Positions 40,701 to 51,640 of a stretch of DNA of 64,000 bases are shown here, in pieces (the stretch's first letter is position 1; each line of letters opens with the position of its first letter). The notes beneath the pieces were generated by a model. That model was not told where the DNA came from, did no database searches, and worked only from the letters and a program-made list of their open reading frames with translations. Origin of the DNA: Botryllus schlosseri (taxonomy: Eukaryota); NCBI GenBank assembly GCA_051294905.1, contig CM119371.1, forward strand, positions 30,940,001-31,004,000, in the 5' to 3' direction. The position numbers were made by a program, and so were the translations under genes.

Positions 40701-43700
40701 TAGCATATCGACAGAGCAACTTTCACTACGTGGTAATTAGGGACATGTAATTGGTTTACTACATTATCTATATGCCATTGGCTACACGATCAACGGTGAC
40801 TATATACTGTGGGATAATAAACTTTAGTTATGTCACTATGGGGATTTACAAGGCTCGCCCAATCAGACATCCGTGACTTTTAGCTATGAACACATCAAAT
40901 TGGATTTTTACAAAGAACTGATGTTATAATTTGCAATTGATCTCGTGTTCGCACGTGAACCAGAATTGATGCATATTTGACATTCGGGCTGTAATGTACG
41001 ATAGCTCCTCCACGTTGTACATGCAATAAACCAATGTGTTACCTTCACAGTATTCATTCATATCCGACCCCAACGCTGACGTTAGCACACAGACCCTCGC
41101 AAATCCATAACCTGAATTGTACCGGCGACAACTAGTTACGGTCGAATTGTAATTTATACCGTTGTTCCAGTAGGGCTCATCCGACCCGTCTCTGTTTAAA
41201 TAACTTCGTATAAATCAAATTGATCATTCAAAGTCACTGTACAGTGAACATACTTTCCAGAACTTATAGTTTATCATTACGAAGCGTCAAAACATTATCA
41301 CCACAGAAAGAGATGTTACCGGTAGCTACTTCTTTACCCTGTAACAGAATTGAATAGCTTCGTGCAAATCCAAATTCCCGTAATTCAAATTTTGTACACG
41401 TCACTTCAAAGACAAATATCAAGGACACCGCGAGATGATTTGTTGCAAATCACGAAATCCACATTGTACTAATACTAATACGCACATGCAGTCTTTGTAG
41501 TTGTCACAAAAGCGGGTTTTCGGAATGCACCTTGACCCACTGGAACAGGAAAATTCATTCATCTTGCATGAAGATCCTGAAATGAGAAACGAATATTATT
41601 TTCCATGAATATATACCCCGACATTTCGTTGAATTTGTTGAAATTCGAAATCTAACGTCGGTTATCTTCTTCACCAGCGCACCATTTAGGGTAAAAATTG
41701 ACGTTACGTTGAAATTGACTCATATAAATATTATGGAAGGTAGGCCTACATTTCAAGTGACCCATCATATCTCGTAACATTCGTACTTCGTATGACGCAC
41801 ATCATACACCCATATAGTGTGGAGGGTGTGTGAAGACTTATGTTCTGCCGTTACTTCATGCATTCAGAGTGGTACAATTCCTGGTTCCAAGTATCCAAGA
41901 CAACCACTACAGAGACACTTGTACAAAGCAGCGGATTTTCGAAATGCGCCACTACATCTAGAAGTAGAACTAATCGTTTATTTAAACCCACAACTAGAAT
42001 TAGATGAATTAACCATAACACAGCTAACTACGCTGGATTCCGTTACAAGGTATTTATGTTTATTTTATCGAATCGGCTTTACACGTGAGCATCGACGCGA
42101 CTCTGCAATCGGAGCGGTTTCGACCCCTAAACAGACCCTTGCTACCTAGCCTGTTATAGCTGTGATGACCCTGAGCTTGCAACGTCTGCGTAAACATCAC
42201 TTAGCATAACATCGGTATCACGATTCATGCCAAACGACGACAGATGCCTTCTTGTCGTTCGGCAAGTATATTTTTGTGCTCAACTAGAACTTGAACTACC
42301 AACATTTCAAAATTCGCAGCTGAAACTGCAACTACTAAGAAACAGTGGCTAGTTGGCCATCAACTATAAATAAATGGGAAGTTTATACAAGTCTGACTCA
42401 TACATACTGACTCTGGGTTAGGGGTATGACAACTAAATTGATTGTTGATTATTGCCTAGCTATACCTTACCGTCGCATAATGTCTGTTGGTAAGGAATGA
42501 GTCTTGCTGGCAATATACAGAGGCGGTAGACACCATGAGAAAAATCACTACTTCTGCATAAAGTTACGTTGTCGCGTCGATGAATGCTGTTGTCATACAA
42601 TGTATGTTCGTCAGACCCATCTCTGAAAACATTGCATATGTATGAAAATGAACTCACTCGTAGCCTATTATAGACCGTTACGTGTAGCCTACTGCATTGA
42701 AATGTTAGCATGCGACAATGGAGCAAGTGGGTCAACATTACCTGTGGATTCGACTTGTTGGTCATAAAGTCACACGCTACGTGTCGATCAAAATTTTTAA
42801 ACGTTCGGCTCGTTAAAGAATTGAATGAAATAAATTATTTTTATACAGTAGATATGACGACTCCATAATGACTTTTTGATGTCATCAAATCCTATACGAT
42901 AAACACGTGCACAACTCCATAAATCGCGCAAGTTTACTTACGGACAATCAGTTAGTCCATTACAAAATCTATCTTTAGAAATGCAATGTGATCCATCCGC
43001 GCAACTATACTCCTCCAGAGTACACAACGAGCCTGCAATAAACATATCCTATTATTGATCTACAATCTACATCATCATTCAAAATTATTTAAAATAGCAT
43101 GTAGTGGAAATATGACATCACATATTTCGCTATAGCGTGGTGCTTGGATGAAGTACCGTTTCCCATGAAATTATTTTCAGGGAGCTCAAAATTTTACTCC
43201 TCGTCGATAAACAAAAGTTCGAATCCCAGCCACTATGAAATTGTTCCTTCCTTGAGAGGAATTTTGCTACTGTTAGCGAATATGCTCAGAGGTTAGTGGC
43301 GAACCGCATGTTGGTGACCCTACTATAAATATAATTCCAAATTGTGAAGCTAAGTAATTTTGCCATAAAAACTATTCAAGTGGTAGTAGAAGCGAGTTAA
43401 GTCAGAATCAATTTCAGTATTTCGATAAAGTAGAACTAGCCTACTTCGGTACTGACCACCTCTGCATGCATGACCGATCAAGACCACTCACATGATACCG
43501 AGTTGCACCAGTCCCAGAGGCTCGAAATCAGACAATAGCGAATATACCCATACCGGTACAGACGTTTTCCATTTGAGAAACCACAGTTGGCGGGAAAACG
43601 CATATCCTTCCCCGTATTTCCCCGCCTTCATATCTTCCACGACAGAAAGTAGAATTAGCATCGTAGTTTGCGTTATGTTTCCTTAATGGGGGCTCATCCG

Positions 43701-46700
43701 AGTTATCGCTGAAAGATAATTGTAGAAGTATACAGACAAATATTTTAAATCACCTTTCAGTGGGACTCGCAGGTAAAAGCTCTAATAATGCCTCAGTATA
43801 TATTCCATAGCTGTTATAATTACGTTTTATTAGCTCAGAGAAAACATCATTTATAATCTGCATTTTGGTGCCGTCATATAGTGATGAGGACCCAGCGACG
43901 TCCACCACAAACTGCACAACGCGCGCGCCTAAACACTTCCTACCTTTGGCAAGAAAAATAGACCTATACGATTGTTATGTAAATGGTGGAGCCTAAATTC
44001 GTTGTTATGAAAAATGAACGCTGAAAAAGGCTTCCCAACTCACGAATTTGGTCGCAGTATTCAAGGAAATCACAATCACAATCAATTTCAATTGGCTAAT
44101 GCAAATATCCTCAATATAACTAAATTCACTGCTTACGATGCGTGATCAACTGATCATACTTACTTGCAGTGTTCCCACTTATCACAAACCAAATCCGACG
44201 GAACACATCCCGAACCATCCGTACAAGCGAACTCGTTGCTCTTGCACGACGAACCTGAACCAAGTGAACATAAATGACGAACATTATTTTGAAATTACTC
44301 TATAGATTTTAGAAAGGGATTCAACATAATCTCGCATCAATCAAAACCTAATAAACTTCCAAATATTTAAATCCTCAATTTTCCGAATCATAGAGTTGAC
44401 GGATGCATAACTCCGCATTGCAAGATTTTGACTACGAGATCTCACATTTGTCGCATATTCGAATATACGTTTAGTGCAGTCACTTGTAAAATAAATATAG
44501 CCTGCAAGAACATTGCCTAATATTACATGGTACCGCAGTGCCCTACAACAACCCGTGGCGCTATCTACGACCCCTTTACACTATGTGCTTGCGACTTATT
44601 GCGAGCAGTCCCTGCGATGTTAAATGCAGTCCTTGAGTTGATGAAAGTAGCCAGTGTTGGTAGTCAGGTAGTAGTGTATGTAGCGTGGTAAATTTCTATT
44701 CAATAGCGAATGGAAGTAGCTATCTTCAATATAGGCCAAAACTACTTTAGGTACGGAAGGAGAAAAGAACGGTAAGTATTCAAGATGTAGATTCAAAAAG
44801 TCTTCGATACTATTAGCAACTCAAAGTATTGAATAGTATATTCATACTGAAACGGTGACGTCATTTTGTGATATGATTGTCGATATACCATGTTTGTTCA
44901 AATTCTCTACTAGCTGCAGACGATAACCCTGACAAGTGTCCGCCGCAAATATTCGGGTTCATTTCAATATGAAGATACTATTTCATTTTCTATTGAAGTT
45001 CTGTACCTCCGAGAAACTCATATGAGGTGGTGTCCTCCGAGATTTCAAGATCTATCTGCGTGAATAACGCAAAATGACTAATGATTCTACAAAATATGGG
45101 ATATTTTCGGAAATATACTCGGTTCCGGTGATGCAAGGGTTATTCTTTCAATTTCATAACAATTACACTTATGGCGAGATGTAAACCTACGAAAACGGGT
45201 TTTCACTTGGTAATAGCAACAGTTTAAAATGTTATTAGTTTTTCCTTCTTCTGAAAACCGGTCTAATAGCAGAAGTTTGAAGTAGTCTAAAAACACAGCG
45301 ACTTGAATACGTTGTACAGGTAGGCGAATGAAGTGCCTTGAAAGTACAACTACCTCCTTACTGAGCATCTCTGTTTTAGTGTCACTATGCGGCTAAACAT
45401 ATGCCAAGTTATGTAACTCTAAATAAAGGAATATCGCGATTGGTGAGATTCCAGTAAAACTCAACGTAATAAAAATGCGATTAAAGAACACATAGTGGAC
45501 ATAGATATCTAGCACATCTGGATTCCTAGTTAAATATTATTCACCGTCACATAGTAGATCTCGGTAAGGCATCAATGCAGGTGACAAAACATAAACCGGA
45601 TTGAGCCCTCTCCATGTTTGTACCCTACAGAAAGTAACATTTGCGGCGTACGTGACGTTGAAATCCCGCCTTGCGGACTCATCGGATCCGTCCCTGAAAT
45701 GTAAAAGAAATTATCATCTTTAAAGAGTTAGTGGCCTGAGACGACTTTGCCCGACATCGCAATCTGTTATGGCTGATAAACGGGTGAGGCGTCGTTAATG
45801 CCCAAATTCACGCGACTTCAAGGCTTAACCACATGATAGAATTATGTAGACAAATACACTGAATACACTATACCAGTGGTTCCCAACCTTTTTCGTCTCG
45901 TGGACCCCTTGGACGATATTTGAGCTAAAATTCCCCGCTATGAATAAGTTGCCTGTGACTAAAAAAGGTGCTTTTTACCGCACAACCATTTGTTGACTGA
46001 GCAATATATGGCCAAACATATTCAGATATGTCCGAATTATGTCGAATGCGGACCGAATTACACTCTGGTAAAGTACAGCTAAATTCGACCTATTTTTACC
46101 GGTTGGGTAGATGCCGAAGAAAAATAAATCACCAAGTCCACTTGCTATGACCTTCAGTTGAATCGACGAATTTGGTATGCTTTTTCACGTGAGCTCATAT
46201 GTTGGCTAAAAAGGTAAACATTTTCACCAGCGGCGTTTCGCTGAATTCGTCTTGACTTTTTCCTAATCAGTAGCAATTTGCTCGATAGGCAGTCACGGGT
46301 CTGACTCGAGTCAGACTCAAGTCACTTTTTCCTATGACTTGACTTGACTCGAGTCACTTTGCTGAAATGACTTGACTTGACTTGACTCGGCGTATCAGAA
46401 ATGTGGTTTGACTCGTGACTCGGAGCAAAATTCACGAGTCAATTTCAAGTCATCAAGTAATCGGTGTCGATAAAAATCACTGTATCTTGCATATGTTCGG
46501 ATTATTCGCGCAAGGCTGGTGTAACCCGTGAGAGCGACCAATCATTCAATGATCGTGCGTTTTACTGAGCCTCCATTGTTTTCTCACAAATATATTGATG
46601 GCAAACGAAGTGATCGAAGCTTACAGCCTACATTGTCGTAAACTATAGTATAGTAAAGTAGTCTAATAGTAAAATGTATATTTCTGTTCTGTGTTCTTAA

Positions 46701-48838
46701 CTTAACCAAACCTCTTGTTTTATTGAAACTTAATTCGAAAATAGTTTATATAGTCCTCAACCATTGGCGCAGGCTCGAATTGTATCATATCAATTTTCAA
46801 ATGGGTAATGTATTGCATCTTATCTCTATTTTTGCTGGTAACTATAAACTGAGGCTGTACTATTACTTACGTAGTTTATTAGTTCTACTTATATGTGAGT
46901 GATACATCGCCTTACTTGCGTGTATATTTAACTCTATATTCGTTCATCGGTTCAAAATCAATGACCACTCACTCTGTATTCCAGACAGCTAGTAAAATGC
47001 AATGACGTAATCATACCTCAAAAACGCAATTTGACTTGAATTGTGACTTGACTCGTGATTTGACTTGACTTGACTCGAGTCACCTCCAAAAATCGACTGA
47101 CTTGACTTGACTCGAGTCACCTTCGAAAATCGATTGACTTGACTTGACTAGAGTCAAAATGTGCAATGACTCGAAATGACTCGTGACTCGAAGGTAGTGA
47201 CTTGATCCCAACACTGGAATCATCTCGCGAGCCTAACTTTATCAGGTGGTGTAATATCTACGGAAGGAATTGAAACATCCACCTAGCTTAAAATCCGCCA
47301 ACGAAACATACAATTGTAAAGAACTAGTTTCATCCTTAACAGTTATACCATAAAAATTTAAAAACCTTGCAAGCCCAGTGTGTCCTCCGCTTCAAACCTA
47401 AAGCCGCATTCCCCCTGAAAATTTCAAAACTTGTCCCAAGGGACGAATTAACCCCCGGTTGCGAACCACTGCACTATACCCATGAGAAAAAAAAAACAAA
47501 ATTGGTGTATTTCCCTATTGAAAACAAAATTTGGTGGTAATGATGTCATTTTTACCCTACGCTATCACAGAAAGTTGGTGAATACACCTATTTTCTATTC
47601 GTGTATTTACAGTCCCCTGCTGCATTTATATCTCAATGTTAGTCAAGCCATGTCATGTCATCGGTGTCCAGCTAGGCGACGTTATACTGTGGGCTCTCGA
47701 CCGCGGCACTATCACGCCAATAGTATATTTAACGTGCAGTGTTGCCTGACCGATATCTTCACTTCATCACCTGTTGAAGGAGCAGCACTCCAAAAGATCG
47801 TGTGTGTAGAGAAAACGTGATCATTTGAAAAATAGCGTTTGAAACCAATGGCGGAAAGGTGAAAAAAACTTACCAGTATAAATATCTCTATAGACCGGAG
47901 GAAATAATATTATATACTCAATAGTAGGGATGTTGATATGTTGAATTATGAAATGAACATGTGCATTTGATCGTATTGTCAACATTTGAAATTGAAAATA
48001 TCAAATGCTAGTGGTTATTTTTTTGGTTTCAGTTAAAAATGTCATTTAAAATGTTGGTGTAGCCGTGCTGGTCTCAATGGTTTCTCGATAATGCAGAGAA
48101 ATTCATTGAAGTTAAAATGTGGGACCGCCATAATACATGACGCAGTTGGACCATAGGTGGCAAAATTAGTCTGCGTTTCTTTTCAAGTAGGAGCAGACGG
48201 TACGCCGTATCGGGCTATCTCAATTCAAGGAGGTCATAGCGATTTCCCCGACATGTGAAGACTACTTAAAGTGAAAGGTTCGAGAGTGATGCAAGTAGGT
48301 AGTATCAAATGGTAGATTTGATGGAATATGGTCGCCTACGAAGCAGTAAATCTGAGGTGTGCACTGTGCATACTCTCAATATTGCAAGATTTACAGAGGC
48401 GACGAGCGCAAAATGAGTAATTATACTATCTGAACGTAGTATCCACCACTATATATATTCAGTTACCGCAACACAAGCGGTATTTAACACGGTGCTCGTG
48501 AGAACATCAATCATCAAGGTGAAACAAATTACTTCTAAATGACAAATTGACGCAGCTTTTCTCAAACGAAAGCCACAATGCCAAAGTTACGAATTTGTAC
48601 AGCAGCCATTTTTTAAAACATTAATTCTGATATTTGGCTGCATGCCTCTGAGAATTATTGACAAAGGCTTTAGAAGTGGAAGCAAAAGATGAAATATTTG
48701 TAACAATGAGTGAAATGAAACTGATTTCCGTCAGCACTGTTACGCACGGGCAATCTTGTTGGCCGCTGAAAACTGCATACTTTGTCAAGCATCTTGAGCC
48801 ATCGGCACATTCGAATTCGTTTGCGGTGCAAGAGGATC
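12563..48838 (-). CDS. Multi-exon LDLa-repeat rhodopsin-class GPCR (LGR/RXFP/GRL101-like 7TM, no LRRs), 5'-partial, about 1140 codons
   Basis: Manually threaded exons, 5'->3' on the minus strand: 48838-48748, 45693-45545, 44254-44164, 43708-43554, 43032-42942, 42622-42471, 41576-41486, 41191-41043, 38505-38415, 35128-34977, 34845-34755, 34104-33977, 32789-32754, 32693-32535, 32474-32372, 31313-31267, 29299-29237, 28812-28656, 25489-25376, 24623-24560, 21378-21292, 19872-19743, 18882-18722, 18649-18468, 17710-17585, 16980-16762, 13782-13640, 12762-12563. All introns are GT..AG with matching phases, giving one open frame. No start or signal exon was confidently found. Confidence 0.85.
13811..14564. 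mobile_element. hAT MITE of the GACTCGAGTC family (related to 103-2157)
   Basis: Decayed termini AAGGCTGTAA...TTACAATCCTG; TSD GTGCAAAT/GTACAAAT; same subterminal arrays. Confidence 0.8.
14191..14383. mobile_element. 193-bp hAT MITE nested in 13811-14564
   Basis: CAATGTTCCCTCTAA...TTAGAGGGAACATTG; TSD CTGAGCAG; same family at 30090-30282. Confidence 0.9.
15755..16550. mobile_element. hAT MITE with GACTT/GACTC pentamer arrays
   Basis: CAGTGATGGGAT...ATCCTAACACTG; TSD CCGTATTG/CTGTATTG; inverted relative at about 46290-47216. Confidence 0.8.
19743..34104 (-). CDS. GPCR ectodomain, proximal part: about 7 further LDLa-like modules and hinge into TM1
   Basis: Spliced translations include KICDGVSWCDNDFDECIC, KLCDRIFDCPDLTDECLC, KVCDMRFDCQNKEDETHC, ACDGIPECGDFMDEECRC, MCDGQMDCNDYADEIGC, KCDKQNDCENEADEANC and VCDGVKDCKSASDECQPGC. 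These carry the CDxxxDCxxxxDE acidic Ca-cage motif of LDL receptor class A repeats. Confidence 0.88.
22071..23841. mobile_element. hAT MITE containing nested MITEs
   Basis: CAGTGTTTCCCAACC...GGTTGGGAGCCACTG; perfect TSD ATTTAATG. Confidence 0.88.
22230..23423. mobile_element. hAT MITE nested in 22071-23841; probably hosts a third element at about 22790-23107
   Basis: CAGGGATGTCAAAC...GTTTGACACCCCTG; perfect TSD AACTAGGC. Inner candidate TAGGGGTG...ACCCCTG with flanks AGTTAAAG/GACTAAAG. Confidence 0.85.
26995..27311 (+). mobile_element. tRNA-derived SINE
   Basis: A-box-like TGGCGCAGTTGG, B-box-like GGTTCGAGTC and (AAC)n tail. A diverged copy at about 49655-49980 shares CCATGTTTCTATGTGT.GGAGG. 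Confidence 0.7.
29510..30592. mobile_element. hAT non-autonomous element (GTGAAC-repeat termini)
   Basis: TSD CTAATTAG (29502-29509, 30593-30600); collinear with the copy at 37005-37991. Confidence 0.82.
30090..30282. mobile_element. 193-bp hAT MITE nested in 29510-30592
   Basis: Inverted copy of 14191-14383; TSD CCTACATG. Confidence 0.9.
33308..33533. mobile_element. Short hAT MITE
   Basis: CAGGGGTCT...AGACCCCTG; TSD CGCTGCAA/CGCTACAA. Confidence 0.8.
33977..48838 (-). CDS. GPCR ectodomain, distal part: six tandem exon pairs encoding atypical LDLa-derived repeats
   Basis: Six exons of exactly 91 nt (e.g. GSSCKSNEFACTDGSGCVPSDLVCDKWEHCN, GSSCKMNEFSCSSGSRCIPKTRFCDNYKDCI) alternate with 128-155 nt exons starting DGSDE/DNSDE/DGADE (e.g. 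DGSDEHTLYDNSIHRRDNVTLCRSSDFSHGVYRLCILPARLIPYQQTLCD). Confidence 0.88.
37005..37991. mobile_element. hAT non-autonomous element, second copy of the 29510-30592 family
   Basis: CAGGGATGGTG...CACCATCCCTA; TSD CGAAATAT/CAAAATAT. Confidence 0.82.
39452..40544 (-). mobile_element. Degenerate hAT element with transposase C-terminal remnant
   Basis: CAGTGGC...GCCACTG termini; flanks GACCTACG/GACCCACA. ORF 39792-40109 ends LCLTISVSIASCKRSLSKLKLIKSYLRSTMSNDRLSPLSILSI, a hAT dimerisation motif. Confidence 0.85.
45874..47471. mobile_element. hAT MITE with nested GACTT-array element (about 46290-47216)
   Basis: CAGTGGTTCCCAACC...GGTTGCGAACCACTG; perfect TSD CACTATAC. Confidence 0.88.
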
Positions 48839-49101
48839 CTGAAAAGGTGAGTAGGTAAGGAGAACAAGTTTTGTTGCTCTACGATCGCGAACAATCCGAA
48901 TTTAACTTGACCAAAACTTGCAGAAAAAAGTCGCAATTATATATGAGTTTATTTTTTAAATTATTAGGTTATGAGATGCACGAAAGATCTCAACAGTTTA
49001 AGATTTGCAGAGTGTCCTCTGGTTGTGCTTACTGTCAGTGGCCATGCAAACGGCCTCTAATCACACCCAGTATTTTTGGAAGACCCAGAACATATTAGGA
49101 G

Positions 49102-49555
49102 CAATGTTCCCTCTTAGATGCGCGTTTGCTGCCGAGAAATTCGGCGCTCGCTTCTGGGAAAGTCGGCACGCACAAAAAAATCTGTGCCGGACACAAAATA
49201 AATCCCAACATCACTAATTTGTAATCGGTACATCGCAATTAAACGTAGCGAAAGCATCCCTTTTTGTTGAAAATACATTAAAATGCGATAAAAAAAACTC
49301 TCAGCGAACATCAGAGTTTTGTAAAAATGTGGGAAATCGGGAGTCGAGTCAGAGTAAAGAATTTTACTGGCGACACTATATATTATCGGTAAAAAGCGGG
49401 TAATTCGGCTGAAGAGATGACCGGAAAATTAGCGGAAAATGCGGGTAAATCGGGAGTCCAGCCGTGGTAAACGGATGTTACGCACCGTTGTCCAAGGGAC
49501 CGCGCATTGAGTTGTTAGGTTTGCGCAGACGGGTGAAAAGTTAGAGGAAACATTG
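49102..49555. mobile_element. Longer relative of the CAATGTTCCCTCT MITE family
   Basis: CAATGTTCCCTCT...AGAGGAAACATTG termini; TSD not clean. Confidence 0.7.
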
Positions 49556-49993
49556 CTTAGATCCCAGGATCTAAAAGTATAATTTTTGGTTGCATCGTTG
49601 TAGGCAACTCTGCTATGTGGCGGAGGGATTCAAGCATATGATCTCGCCCTCATCGGAAGCGAGTGGCATAGTGTGCTCAGCGACACCTTCAGAGACATCA
49701 ATGGTTGTGGGTTTGGGTCTCGGCTTGACCATGTTTCTATGTGTTGGAGGTTTTTCCGGGCTCGTCGTCCCCGATCCCGCTGTTAACGAAGCGTCTTGAA
49801 TTGCCCAGAGGAAGAGTGAGGCGAGCTCTCAGAGTCGGCAACAGAGACAGAAATTGGACGAAAGGAAACGAAGAGTGAATGAAAGTGTGGGTGTGCGCAA
49901 GCATGAAAAGTCGGCTTCCAGTCCGAAAAGCAAAGATACTTCACCGATTTCACTGTCGTGGCGCACAAGGCACGATAGGCCATATCTATAGAG

Positions 49994-50320
49994 CATTGGT
50001 TCTCAACTTGGGGGTGCGCCTCCCTCGGGGGTGGGGAGTGAAAGCATCTGAAGGGGCGCGAAGAAACGGTCAACTGATTTTTTTCGCGCTCTGCGCCATT
50101 TACACCCAATTCACGCGTGTTTCTCTGTATGTAGACCGATTTTCATGTTTTTGAATTCTCTCATCAACATTCATAACCTTCCATGCCATCAAAAAATCTG
50201 TTGGGGTGGCTAGCATCCCAGTTGGATTTTGTGATATGACGATAAGGGGGGGGGGGGGCAAACTTTTCACTGTGGTAAAGGGGGGGGGGGCGTGTCTAAA
50301 AAACAGGTTGAGATCCACTG
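49994..50320. mobile_element. G-run-rich hAT MITE
   Basis: CATTGGTTCTCAAC...GTTGAGATCCACTG; TSD CTATAGAG/CTCTAGAG. Confidence 0.8.
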
Positions 50321-51087
50321 CTCTAGAGCCTGATAGGAGAGAGTTTTCATCATATATGAGATTTTGTGTACAGGAATCACAGTTTCGATGCGAGCATTTA
50401 TATCTTTAGGATATATGACCAGTTTCGGTCAACATGCATCCACAATGCGATGATAAAAGTACCTGCTGCTGTTGGCTCAAAATGATTACCTGTTCTCTGA
50501 AACCGTCAATCCCGGTTATGTTCTGGATTTAAAGTGGCCTTGATCGCGCCAGAGTGGAATATGTGGTTATTTCAAGAATTTTCTTTTAATTGATTGTTCA
50601 ATTTTGGTCTGTAATAAAACCAACTGCAGTACGCTATATAGCAGACCTGGGCAAAGTGCGACCCGTGGGCCAAATGCGGCCTGCGTAGCTATTCTGTGTG
50701 GCCCGCGAGAGGATGCTTTGAATCCCAAACATAAAACCTTATTTTTGAATGTTGATGTGTGGAGTAAAACCATAGGCCGTATCAACGGGACTGGAAATTC
50801 GTTTACTCTGAAGCCTGTTCAATAATACGCCGTGATTACGTTGCCTGCGTACCTCGCATGGTTAATCCACACTGTAAAAAATAAACATGGATTTTATCAT
50901 GGAAATGACATGACTTCCTCTTTCTCATGTTAATTCCAAGAAAACACCGACATGGTTTTAAAATCTCATGTTGACATGACAAAAACTTCCATGATGGGAC
51001 ATGATGGGAGCCATGTGTATGGTTATCAAGTAAGAGTATCACGTTGAGCTTTAGTGATATCATCATAATTATCATCATCATCGTCAC

Positions 51088-51437
51088 TGAGAGAGAGGAA
51101 GAGAGAGAGAGAGACAGAGAGAGAGAGAGAGGAGCGAGAGAGGGAGAGAGAAAGAGAGGAGGGAGAGAAGGAGAGAGAGGAGAGAGAGATAGAGAATAGA
51201 GCAGAAAGAATAGTGGGGGAGAGAAAGAAGGGAATGAGAGCATATATAAAGGAGAGAGAGAAAGAGAGAGGGGAGGGAGAGGGGAGGGGAGGAGAGAGAT
51301 AGGGGGGAGAGATAGAGAATAGAGCAGAAAGAAGAAAGGAGGAGAAAGAAGGGAAAGGGAGCATAGAGAAAGGAGAGCGAGAGAGAGAGAGAGAGAGAGG
51401 GGGGAGGGGGAGGGGAGGAGAGAGATAGGGGGGAGTG
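51088..51437 (+). repeat. Complex (GA)n polypurine microsatellite with internal duplication
   Basis: About 350 bp, almost purely purine on the + strand; GAGATAGAGAATAGAGCAGAAAGAA occurs twice. Confidence 0.9.
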
Positions 51438-51640
51438 AGAAATCAGACTTATTCTCGTTTTCACCATTGAGATGCTTTGACGATTGAAATGCGATAACCA
51501 TGCTATCCCTGAATGCTGAACGTTGAGCCGGATAGCCACGGATACCAGTTTTTTAGTCTTTGGTCTGACATGGCCGGGAATTGATCATATGACCTACCGA
51601 TCAAGAAGCAGGACGCTTTACCATTTCACTATATCGCTAT
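51438..51640 (-). mobile_element. Probable tRNA-derived SINE whose 3' tail is the CT-rich tract
   Basis: Minus-strand head TAGTGAAATGGTAAAGCGTC...GATCAATTCCCGG resembles A/B boxes and runs into (CT)n. Confidence 0.5.

Noticed and set aside
50836..51539. Long Ser/Leu/Pro-rich ORFs
   Set aside because: They are translations of the (CT)n microsatellite.
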